Both the position numbers and the translations under genes were made by a program. From an uncultured delta proteobacterium (GTDB lineage: Bacteria; Desulfobacterota; Desulfobacteria; Desulfobacterales; Desulfatirhabdiaceae), in assembly GCA_963789395.1 (NCBI GenBank), contig CAWBKP010000013.1:96001-160000 (forward strand): DNA of 64,000 bases, given 5' to 3'. Below, in pieces: positions 1-8,766 of this stretch; the stretch's first letter is position 1, and each line of letters opens with the position of its first letter. A model generated the notes under the pieces. It was not told where the DNA came from and made no database searches. It worked only from the letters and a program-made list of their open reading frames with translations.

Positions 1-960
1 ATCTGGCGTCCGCTGCTGGCCTGGGCAGACAAATTCAAAATTGAAATGATAGAAGGCAATGAAGAATCTTCCTCCTGGTTTCTGGATATCCTTTACCGTT
101 CGTGGCTGATGGACTTTTTCCAGCGCCGGATGGGCCCGCTGAATGAGAAGATGGATATTTACTTTCAGAGAAAAGACGAACGCCTCATCCTGCCGGTATC
201 CCCCCCTGTCGGCAGACGGCCTGCCTGGCATTTTGCTCTGGCAATCATACTGCTGGCAGCAGTTCTTTACTGCGCCTTCATGGCTATTACCATGATGACG
301 ACCCTTGTGTTAACCGACTGGATAGATCTGGGAATTGGACTTCTGGCCACATTGGCCCGTGTTTTCTCCTCCCTTATTATTGCGATGCTTTGGACCATTC
401 CAGTCGGGGTCGCCATCGGCACCAACCGTCAACTTTCTTTGCTTCTTCAACCCCTGGTTCAGATAGTTGCGGCCATACCGGCAACCGCACTCTTTCCCGT
501 TTTGCTGCTGGCACTTTTGCGTGTTTACGGGGGCCTGAATATTGCCGCAATCGCCCTGATGCTGATGGGTACCCAGTGGTATCTGCTGTTCAATGTCATT
601 GCAGGTGCCTCGGCCATTCCACAGGACCTGCGTTTTACAACCGATCTATTGGGGCTGTCCTTGCTGGACCGCTGGCGAACGTTGATCCTTCCGGGAATTT
701 TTCCCTACATCATCACCGGATCGATTACAGCCAGTTGCGGCGCATGGAATGCCAGTGTCGTTGCAGAGTATGTGGAATTCGGCGGCAAGACTTATGCAAC
801 AACCGGCATCGGCGCAACGATAGCGCACGCAACAGATACGGGCAATTATGCACTCGTACTGGCCGGAACACTGGCCATGGTCTTCAGCGTAATTGTGATA
901 AACCAGCTGTTCTGGCAGCGGCTTTACCGCCTGGCAGAGGAACGGTACTGTATGGAATGA
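1..960 (+). CDS. ABC transporter permease, NitT/TauT family (5' partial)
   Basis: Frame is open from base 1 (IWRPLLAWADKFK...). Several hydrophobic helices and a LILPGIFPYIITG permease motif. Lies next to the ATPase gene. Confidence 0.85.
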   Translation: MWRPLLAWADKFKIEMIEGNEESSSWFLDILYRSWLMDFFQRRMGPLNEKMDIYFQRKDERLILPVSPPVGRRPAWHFALAIILLAAVLYCAFMAITMMTTLVLTDWIDLGIGLLATLARVFSSLIIAMLWTIPVGVAIGTNRQLSLLLQPLVQIVAAIPATALFPVLLLALLRVYGGLNIAAIALMLMGTQWYLLFNVIAGASAIPQDLRFTTDLLGLSLLDRWRTLILPGIFPYIITGSITASCGAWNASVVAEYVEFGGKTYATTGIGATIAHATDTGNYALVLAGTLAMVFSVIVINQLFWQRLYRLAEERYCME

Positions 961-1035
961 TGATTGAAAAAGCGATGGGGTGTTGATGGGATTTTGAATA
1001 TCACCCGCTGCAACTGTCTGAAGTGAGGAAAAACG

Positions 1036-2334
1036 ATGCCTGCAAAAATCGGAATCAAAACTGCCGAGACCCTGTTGAATCTTGAGAATGTCTGCAAGGG
1101 TTACGGAAGCGGGCCCAAACTGCTTCTGGCGGTAAAAGACATTACTCTGAACCTGAAAGCCGGTGAATTTGTATCGCTCCTGGGGCCGTCGGGTTGCGGC
1201 AAATCGACACTGCTTCGAATCGTTACCGGTTTGAACACCGCCACATCGGGAACCGTACAATACCGGGGACAGGAACTGAAAGGCATTAATCCCCATGCAA
1301 CCATCGTATTCCAGACATTTGCGCTCTATCCCTGGTTGACGGTTGAAGAAAATGTTGAAATTGCGCTGAAAGCCCGTGGCATTTCCGCATCGGTCCGGCA
1401 GGAAAAGGCCCGGAAACTGATTGATACCATCGGTCTGGACGGATTTGAATCGGCCTATCCCCGGGAGCTTTCCAGCGGCATGCGCCAGAAGGTCGGATTT
1501 GCCAGAGCTTTGGCGGTTGAACCGGAACTGCTGTGCCTGGACGAGCCGTTTTCCGCACTCGACATTCTCTCCGCCGAATCACTGCGCGGAGAGTTGATGG
1601 AACTCTGGCTGAACAAATCCATCCCCACCCAGGCGATTCTGATGGTCACCCACAATATTGAAGAGGCGGTTCTGATGGCCGACCGGATCGTGGTCATGGG
1701 AAAAGATCCGGGCAGAATCGTATCCGAAATCCAGGTATCCCTTCGCCACCCGCGGCACCGAAAGGATGCCTCGTTTCAGAACATCGTCGATAGTGTCTAT
1801 GCAGCGGTTGCCGGTCAGACCCGCCCGGAAATCGAGTCCCTGGGTACGGCCCCGGGTCAGCCGGGCGCAACCCGGCGACTCCCCAGAGCCCTGTTGAATC
1901 AGCTGGCCGGCCTTGTTGAAAAACTCTCTGATGAAGGCGGCAGAGCGGATCTCTACCGGATCGCCGGGGAGCTCTCCCTGGAACTGGATGACTTGTTGCC
2001 CATTGTCGAAGCCGGAGACCTGCTGGGATTTCTTTCGGTAAAGGAAGGCGATTTGCTTCTGGCGCTGCTGGGGCAGACGTATGCCGAAGCCAGCATTCTT
2101 GCCAGAAAGGAAATGCTGGCGGGCCGGGTGCTGAGGATGCCGGTAATTGCCTGGATTTATGAATCCCTGCGAAGGGATGAACACCACAGGCTGGAATGGG
2201 AGTATTTTCTGGACAAACTTCAGGCCGATTTCGGGAACCGGGCCGAAGATCAGCTCGATATCGCCATCAGCTGGGGACGTCATGCGGAACTATTCGCCTA
2301 TGACGACGACACCGGAGAATTGTATCTGGAATAA
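1036..2334 (+). CDS. ABC transporter ATP-binding protein (nitrate/sulfonate/bicarbonate type) with C-terminal AAA-associated domain
   Basis: Walker A GPSGCGKST, signature LSSGMRQ, Walker B LCLDEPF, H-loop VTHNIEEA, plus a long C-terminal extension. Confidence 0.9.
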   Translation: MPAKIGIKTAETLLNLENVCKGYGSGPKLLLAVKDITLNLKAGEFVSLLGPSGCGKSTLLRIVTGLNTATSGTVQYRGQELKGINPHATIVFQTFALYPWLTVEENVEIALKARGISASVRQEKARKLIDTIGLDGFESAYPRELSSGMRQKVGFARALAVEPELLCLDEPFSALDILSAESLRGELMELWLNKSIPTQAILMVTHNIEEAVLMADRIVVMGKDPGRIVSEIQVSLRHPRHRKDASFQNIVDSVYAAVAGQTRPEIESLGTAPGQPGATRRLPRALLNQLAGLVEKLSDEGGRADLYRIAGELSLELDDLLPIVEAGDLLGFLSVKEGDLLLALLGQTYAEASILARKEMLAGRVLRMPVIAWIYESLRRDEHHRLEWEYFLDKLQADFGNRAEDQLDIAISWGRHAELFAYDDDTGELYLE

Positions 2335-2462
2335 AAAAATCAGATGCCGTTGATTCGGCTTAACGGAAGACAGATGACAATTACCATCCAAAACTCCTTG
2401 AACAAGCCGGTCATCTTTGCTACATAGATAGTTTGTGTAAAAGATGCCAGAAGGAGAAAAAA

Positions 2463-3501
2463 ATGATTCGCGTGGGTATCGTTGGGGCCACAGGATATGC
2501 CGGTGCTGAACTGGTCCGGCTGCTGGCCGGCCATCCGGCCGTCGAATTAACGCTGCTGACTTCCCGCCAGTATGCGGGAACGCGCTTTGATGCGGTATTT
2601 CCGTCCATGGCCGGCAGTGTCGATCTGGTCTGCAGTGACTATTCCCTTGATGCGGTCTGCGATCAGACCGACATCATTTTCATGGCGCTTCCGCATCAGC
2701 TTCCCATGTCGTTTATTCCGCCGCTGTTGAAGAACGGCAAACGGGTGATCGATCTTTCGGCGGATTTCCGGTTCCGCGATGTGGCCGTGTACGAGCAGTA
2801 TTACCAGCCGCATCAGGCCGCGCAACTCATTGACGAATCGGTTTACGGCCTTAGCGAGATCTACGCGGAGCGGATCAAAACGGCGCGTCTCATAGGAAAT
2901 CCGGGCTGTTACCCCACCAGCGTTCTGCTGCCGCTGATTCCGCTATTAAAAAACGGACTGATCACGCCGAACGGGATAATCGCCGATTCCAAATCCGGTG
3001 TCAGCGGCGCAGGCCGCTCCCTTTCCCTGACCGCTCACTACTGTGAAGTCCAGGAATCCTTTAAAGCCTATAAAGTCGGCAATCACCGACACAACCCGGA
3101 AATGGACGAGGTATTGAGCATCGAATCCGAAAAACCGGTTTCGATCACCTTTGTTCCCCACCTGGTTCCCTTGAGCCGGGGAATGCTGACCACCCTTTAT
3201 GCCACCCCGGAAAAATCCGTCAGTTCCGATGCCATCCGCAGACTGCCTGGCGTCTTTTTACAGCGGACGCTATTTTATCCGGTTATGTCCCGACAACAAG
3301 CTGCCGGACACCCGCAATGTCCGCGGCACCAATTTTTGTGATATCGGCTTTAAGCTGGATGTTTCCCGGAACCGTCTTGTTCTGATTTCTGCGATCGACA
3401 ATCTGGTAAAGGGCGCTGCCGGGCAGGCCGTTCAAAACATGAATCTCATGCTGGGACTCGATGAAACAACCGGGCTCCGGCAGGTTCCGTACCCGATATA
3501 A
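2463..3501 (+). CDS. argC: N-acetyl-gamma-glutamyl-phosphate reductase (one frameshift near 3240, probably a sequencing error)
   Basis: GATGYAG, NPGCYPT and SGVSGAGR in the first frame; DNLVKGAAGQAVQNMN in the second frame. Confidence 0.93.
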
Positions 3502-3582
3502 TTGATGGGAAAGGTTGACAAGGTTGCGTAGAATCAATTGATACAGGAAGTACCCACATTTACCCAAAAAAGGAGATCCAAC

Positions 3583-4491
3583 ATGACAGCAAAGTTAATC
3601 CTGGGCACTGAAATTCGCGAACAAATCCTGGAGGAAATCACGGCCGAAGTAAAGGCAATCAAGGAAAAACACGGCGTGGTACCGGGACTGGTGACCATCC
3701 TGATCGGCGCCAATCCGGCATCGATGTCCTACGTCACTTTAAAGATTCAAACCGCTCATCGGGTCGGTTTCAACGAAGTCCAGGATTCCCAGCCGGTGGA
3801 TATTTCGGAAGCGGATCTTCTGGCGCTCATCGACAAATACAACAAGGACGATTCCATCAACGGCATCCTGGTGCAACTGCCGCTTCCCAAGCATATCAAT
3901 GAAAAGAAAGTGCTGAACGCCATCGATCCGGACAAGGACGTCGACGGGTTTCATCCGGTGAACGTGGGACGTCTGATGATCGGCGGCTCTGAAGTCAAAT
4001 TCCCGCCCTGCACCCCGGCCGGAATCCAGGAAATGATTATTCGGGCAGGCGTTGAAACCAAAGGCGCCGAAGTTGTGGTGGTCGGCCGCTCCAACATCGT
4101 CGGCAAACCCATTGCCAACATGATGCTTCAAAAAGGCGTCGGCGCCAATTCTACGGTAACGATTGTTCACACCGGCACCAAGAACATGGATGCCCACTGC
4201 AAACGGGCGGACATACTGATCGTGGCTGCCGGCGTTCCCGGCCTGGTCAAACCCGAATGGATCAAACCCGGCGCCTGCGTGATCGATGTCGGCGTCAACC
4301 GGGTCGGCGAGAAAGTCAGCGAAAAGACCGGCAAAAAAATTGCCATCCTTAAAGGAGACGTGGATTTTGATGCTGCCAAGGAAATCGCAGGATCCATCAC
4401 GCCCGTACCCGGCGGCGTGGGCCCCATGACCATCACCATGCTGATGAAAAACACCCTCAAATCCCTGAAATTCAAACTGGGAATTGCATAG
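3583..4491 (+). CDS. folD: Bifunctional methylenetetrahydrofolate dehydrogenase/cyclohydrolase
   Basis: GILVQLPLP, KDVDGFHP, PCTP, GRSNIVGKP and TPVPGGVGPMT motifs. AGGAG RBS before the ATG at 3583. Confidence 0.97.
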   Translation: MTAKLILGTEIREQILEEITAEVKAIKEKHGVVPGLVTILIGANPASMSYVTLKIQTAHRVGFNEVQDSQPVDISEADLLALIDKYNKDDSINGILVQLPLPKHINEKKVLNAIDPDKDVDGFHPVNVGRLMIGGSEVKFPPCTPAGIQEMIIRAGVETKGAEVVVVGRSNIVGKPIANMMLQKGVGANSTVTIVHTGTKNMDAHCKRADILIVAAGVPGLVKPEWIKPGACVIDVGVNRVGEKVSEKTGKKIAILKGDVDFDAAKEIAGSITPVPGGVGPMTITMLMKNTLKSLKFKLGIA

Positions 4492-4520
4492 TCCTTCGTC
4501 AGCGCGTTACCATCATGAAT

Positions 4521-4573
4521 CCGCGGACGGCCTGTCGAGCTTCAATCCCGGCAGGCCGTCCGCGGCATTTTTT
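4521..4573 (+). terminator. Intrinsic terminator between convergent folD and amidase genes
   Basis: 14-bp inverted repeat CCGCGGACGGCCTG/CAGGCCGTCCGCGG followed by a T-run. Confidence 0.8.
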
Positions 4574-4580
4574 CTGCGGA

Positions 4581-5387
4581 TCATCCCAATTCGTAGAGAT
4601 CCGGTCTTCTGTCTGCCAGAACCGTCATGGCCGCGCGGATTTCTTTGACCCGATCCATGTTGACCGTGGCGGTCAGCAGCATTTCATCGGTTTCTCCGGC
4701 TTCGATCACAGTCCTGCCCCAGGGATCGATGATCACGGAATCACCAAAATAGGTGACGACCCCGTCCGGCCCGAAGTCCTCGCTGCCGACCTGATTGATT
4801 CCGGCAATGAACATCTGGTTTTCAATGGCGCGGGCCCGCACCAGAATCTTCCAGTGATCAAGCCGTGGATAGGGAAACGCCATGGGACAAAACACGATTT
4901 CCACTCCCTTCAGCGCATAGGTGCGAAACAGCTCCGGAAAGCGGATATCATAGCAGATCGCCAGTCCCACCCGCCCCCATGGGGTATCCACAACCGTCAC
5001 ATGGTCTCCCGGAGCCATGTGTGCATCCTCGTGAAGCAGACTGAACAAATGGGTTTTACGATAGATCCCTGCCTGCTCGCCATTTGCGTTGAACAGAAAT
5101 GAGGTGTTGGAAACTTTTCCCGCATCGTTCAGCGCCAGCATGGACCCATTGATCCAAATTCCATATGTTTTTGCCATCTTTGCAACGCGATCGACAATTT
5201 TATCGTGTTCAGCGGCCATCCGGTCATTGTTCCGCCAGTTGAATCCCGTGGTCCACATCTCCGGAAAACAGATGACGTCGCTGCCCCGTCGCGATGCCTC
5301 GACAATCCAGGCCTCGGCTTTTCGAAGATTCGCTTCGGGCTCGGAGACGGCCACCCGCATCTGGGCGATGGACAGGGTAAGATTCAT
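4581..5387 (-). CDS. Carbon-nitrogen hydrolase (nitrilase superfamily amidase)
   Basis: Glu-Lys-Cys triad motifs FPEMW, YRKTHLF and ICYDIRFPE; ARAIENQ. Confidence 0.92.
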   Translation of the reverse strand: MNLTLSIAQMRVAVSEPEANLRKAEAWIVEASRRGSDVICFPEMWTTGFNWRNNDRMAAEHDKIVDRVAKMAKTYGIWINGSMLALNDAGKVSNTSFLFNANGEQAGIYRKTHLFSLLHEDAHMAPGDHVTVVDTPWGRVGLAICYDIRFPELFRTYALKGVEIVFCPMAFPYPRLDHWKILVRARAIENQMFIAGINQVGSEDFGPDGVVTYFGDSVIIDPWGRTVIEAGETDEMLLTATVNMDRVKEIRAAMTVLADRRPDLYELG

Positions 5388-8300
5388 TTTATTTCTCCCA
5401 GGCCAGAAATCGCCTTGTGTTTGACCGGCCCGCCCAGGATCTTTTGAACATCTTGCAGATACTGCCCGGATGCATTCAGATAAAAGGCCAGTCCGGCAGA
5501 AAAATTTTTCCCGATAATGCCGTCGATAAAGAGCATGCTGATTTCACGCTCTCTTTTCAGGATGTGCAAAGAGCCCAGAAGGATCTGGCGCTCCTCATCG
5601 GAAAGGGTTTTGGCCAGCATGATCAGCGCGGTGCGGCCCCGTGGCTGATAATTCCAGAAAAAAAGCAGATCCAGGGCATGGATGATCATGACCAGCTCCA
5701 GATCCTTGGCATCCCCGGACAGGCTTTTGTCCATGGCGCTGAGCGTTTCCATGACCTTCTTGTCCGGAAAGAGCAGTTCAAGACTGGTATAGGCCTCCAG
5801 AAGCCGGGTCAGCTTTTCCCGATAGTCGCGCAGCCGAAGATGGATATTCCGGTACCGGTCCGCGGCGCCTTCAATCACGCCGGCGACAAAATCCGAGGCT
5901 GCCTTGGAGATGACCGCCGCCCATTTCTGCAGAACCGCATCAATTTCGGGAACCCCGGCAGCCGACAGCAGGCCGGCAATCACGCCATTAAATATAATGG
6001 CAATGGGAATGGAGAGCATACTACGGAAAAAATTACCGGCAATGACGGTCTTGGGAAACCCGCGGAATGCGTTGTGACAGGAGAGGTAAATGCCGTTTGC
6101 GACCGCCATGATCGCATACAGCTCCGCAGAGTGGGTATGGGTCGTGATTCCCAGGGATTTATCCAGGATCAGGCTTTTTACCACCCAGTCGAGCAGCGGA
6201 ACGGAAAAACCGGTATAGAGCAGTGAATCGCCGATCCGCTCCCAGCTGATGTAATCTTTCCAGCCCAACAGCGGCGAACTGCGCAGCCCGCCGCCGCCGA
6301 GAATGGACTGAAGAATGTTGCGCACGCCGGTGATGCCGAACCAGATGAATGCGCCGCCGAATTTCAGCACCCACCAGTCATAGCGAAGGGAAAAGGCCAG
6401 AAATGCAGGGATAAATCCGATCGTCATCTTGATGATGATTTTGGCCAGGGTATTTAAATATGGCCAGGACAGTCGCAGCGCTTCCTGTTTCACCGGCGGG
6501 GGGCACAGATAAAGCGCGTTTCCGGCATCTTCATGAATTCCGCCCAGTGTAACGATATTGCCCGGAGACTCCATGCGGGTGGTGTGCTCCAGCCCTATCC
6601 AGTCCTTGCGGTGTTCATAAGCCAGCCAGCCGAGGCCCGGAATCGATCCGGCCCAGTCGAAAAAGCGATTGAGCAGCGGCGAGACACCTTGTCGCGGAAT
6701 ATAGGTTACGCGGCGGTAAGCGGTCATCCGGAAAGGAATGATCATGCGCTCCGAACCTGGGTGATAAATTTCCCTGACCGCCCGGCCGGGCAGGGTTTCC
6801 ATGACCGCAAGGCCCATACCATGCATGCGCGGCGACATTCCGGTTGAATCGCTGCCGATCCTCGATTTCAGGGGCGTTTTTTTGTACATCAGGCGCAATG
6901 TATTAATATCGTGAAGAATCCCTTCCAATTTCTCCAGGCGGTCCGCCTTGTCCTGACAGGACGACGCAGCTGTCTGATCCATGATTTCACGGATGATGCG
7001 CTTTAGCGTAATGACATTGCCTTCGTTGATCGCAACCTGCAGACGGCTGATCTCGGGAACACGGCTGGTCTTGCCGCCCGTGTAGTCCTTGAGGTTGAAT
7101 GTCTCCAGCCGCGTGATCAGCCCATCGCAATCATAGATCAGCTCCAGCACGTCCGCGGGATGCAGGTCCGTCAGATTCAAGGTGATGCGGTACGCCGTGC
7201 GCAGTTGCACCAGACGATGGAGCAGTTCGCGGGGTGACAGCCTGAGCAGGGGAGGAACATCCGGCCCGTCCTGAACATCCTGCGGATCAGCCAGTTCCGG
7301 ATTCCGGGCCGGACTCAGAAACCGCTCCAGAATGGTGTCAAAATCCAGGCAATTCATTTCCGCCACACGCGTATCGTTTATGCGTTGCTCTTGCGGGCTT
7401 GCCGAATCACACTGAAAGCGCAGTTCGGCAACTTTTTTCTCCATTTCCGGAAGGATCTGCGCATGTATGAATTTGGCCAGATGAAGCAGGGAGGTCTGGC
7501 CGGGTTTGACGAATGTCAGAAAAGCCGATGGATCAATGGGTTTCAGGGAAATGCCGTAAGTCTCATTGATCACCGGCAGATGCCGCCGGTTGAATGCCTC
7601 CAGAACCTGCAGGACCTGCTCCTGGCGGTATTCTGAAATCTGGCGGCCTTCTTCCATCAGGGTCCGGACCGGCGCCTCCGTCAAAAAGCAGAGAAAGGCC
7701 TGGGTATCGATAAACCCTCTGGGGACCCAGATCAATTGCACGTATCGGCCGCGAAAGCGGGCGGCATATTCGATGCCGATGCGCATCGTAATTCCCATGA
7801 TTTCGGCCGCCTCCAGAAGTTCAGCGGCAAAAGGCGCTTGAATATAATTATAGTACACCACGCGCAGCCTGCGAATCCCTTTGATCCAGGCATCCATGAT
7901 CAGGTGCGTGGCGGACTTTCGGCCCTTGGTGTTCACATCGTGAACATGGTCGTCAAAGGCCAGATGATTCCATTCTTCGGGCAGTTCCAGAAGATGATAG
8001 CGCTGAAGCTGCTTTCGCACGATGCGGGGTTTGCCCGTGGCTGTGATTCTGAAATCATGGGCCAGTTGGAGCTGCCGGTTGTAGTCTCCCTGGGTTCGCA
8101 CCAGTTCCTTCATGATCTGAAGCAGGGCACGGGCCGTATTTCTGGGCATGGCGCCGTCCGAGGCGTTGAGCACTTCGTCGCGCAATGCACGCAGTGCGCT
8201 GATGCGCTCGTCCTGTTTACCTGCATCCAGGGACTCGAGCAAATGAATGACGGCATAGGCAATGCGCAACCCCCTGGATTCGGCCAGTTTCTTAATGCCG

Positions 8301-8458
8301 TGCGGGTGGAAGTGGGGGTAAAACTTGCGTTTATTATATTCCTGGCGTTTATCCCGGTTCAGCACGTCATTGACGATGGCCAACAAACCATGGTCACGTT
8401 TGTCAAACATGATGCCGGACAATTTGCGCATGATCAATTTTTTGCCCCTATGCGTCAA
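5384..8458 (-). CDS. Large uncharacterised protein with a PHP-like domain and a multi-pass membrane region
   Basis: 1024-aa ORF. DDHVHD...AWIKGI, GITMRIGIE and GSDSTG resemble PHP motifs. Hydrophobic helices lie in the C-terminal third. Confidence 0.7.
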   Translation of the reverse strand: MTHRGKKLIMRKLSGIMFDKRDHGLLAIVNDVLNRDKRQEYNKRKFYPHFHPHGIKKLAESRGLRIAYAVIHLLESLDAGKQDERISALRALRDEVLNASDGAMPRNTARALLQIMKELVRTQGDYNRQLQLAHDFRITATGKPRIVRKQLQRYHLLELPEEWNHLAFDDHVHDVNTKGRKSATHLIMDAWIKGIRRLRVVYYNYIQAPFAAELLEAAEIMGITMRIGIEYAARFRGRYVQLIWVPRGFIDTQAFLCFLTEAPVRTLMEEGRQISEYRQEQVLQVLEAFNRRHLPVINETYGISLKPIDPSAFLTFVKPGQTSLLHLAKFIHAQILPEMEKKVAELRFQCDSASPQEQRINDTRVAEMNCLDFDTILERFLSPARNPELADPQDVQDGPDVPPLLRLSPRELLHRLVQLRTAYRITLNLTDLHPADVLELIYDCDGLITRLETFNLKDYTGGKTSRVPEISRLQVAINEGNVITLKRIIREIMDQTAASSCQDKADRLEKLEGILHDINTLRLMYKKTPLKSRIGSDSTGMSPRMHGMGLAVMETLPGRAVREIYHPGSERMIIPFRMTAYRRVTYIPRQGVSPLLNRFFDWAGSIPGLGWLAYEHRKDWIGLEHTTRMESPGNIVTLGGIHEDAGNALYLCPPPVKQEALRLSWPYLNTLAKIIIKMTIGFIPAFLAFSLRYDWWVLKFGGAFIWFGITGVRNILQSILGGGGLRSSPLLGWKDYISWERIGDSLLYTGFSVPLLDWVVKSLILDKSLGITTHTHSAELYAIMAVANGIYLSCHNAFRGFPKTVIAGNFFRSMLSIPIAIIFNGVIAGLLSAAGVPEIDAVLQKWAAVISKAASDFVAGVIEGAADRYRNIHLRLRDYREKLTRLLEAYTSLELLFPDKKVMETLSAMDKSLSGDAKDLELVMIIHALDLLFFWNYQPRGRTALIMLAKTLSDEERQILLGSLHILKREREISMLFIDGIIGKNFSAGLAFYLNASGQYLQDVQKILGGPVKHKAISGLGEIK

Positions 8459-8660
8459 TACACCTCAGGCAGTCCTGAGGAAATCGGAATGTGCCTTTTC
8501 CCACCAGGCTGACTTCAACCAGGGCGTCGGAATCATTGATGGCGGTATCCGGATCGGTAATAATGCCGTGAGTTCCGACATAAGCATCCATAAAACTTTC
8601 CCATCCATCATCCGTTGACTTTTTATAAATCTCAACTTTTTGTCCTTTACGAAACCCCAT
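8448..8660 (-). CDS. Small hypothetical protein (KOW/SH3-like appearance)
   Basis: 70 aa with an AGGGAGGGG RBS. Overlaps the start of the downstream gene. Pattern FRKGQKVEI...GTHGII...VEV. Confidence 0.6.
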   Translation of the reverse strand: MGFRKGQKVEIYKKSTDDGWESFMDAYVGTHGIITDPDTAINDSDALVEVSLVGKGTFRFPQDCLRCIDA

Positions 8661-8766
8661 TTTTCCCCTCCCTTATAACCCACCTGTTTTCTTGGCACAA
8701 CAACACATGTTGCAGCCTTTCCCCCCTTGGAAACGGGGAAGGTACCGCCGATTTCTCACCTCGATT

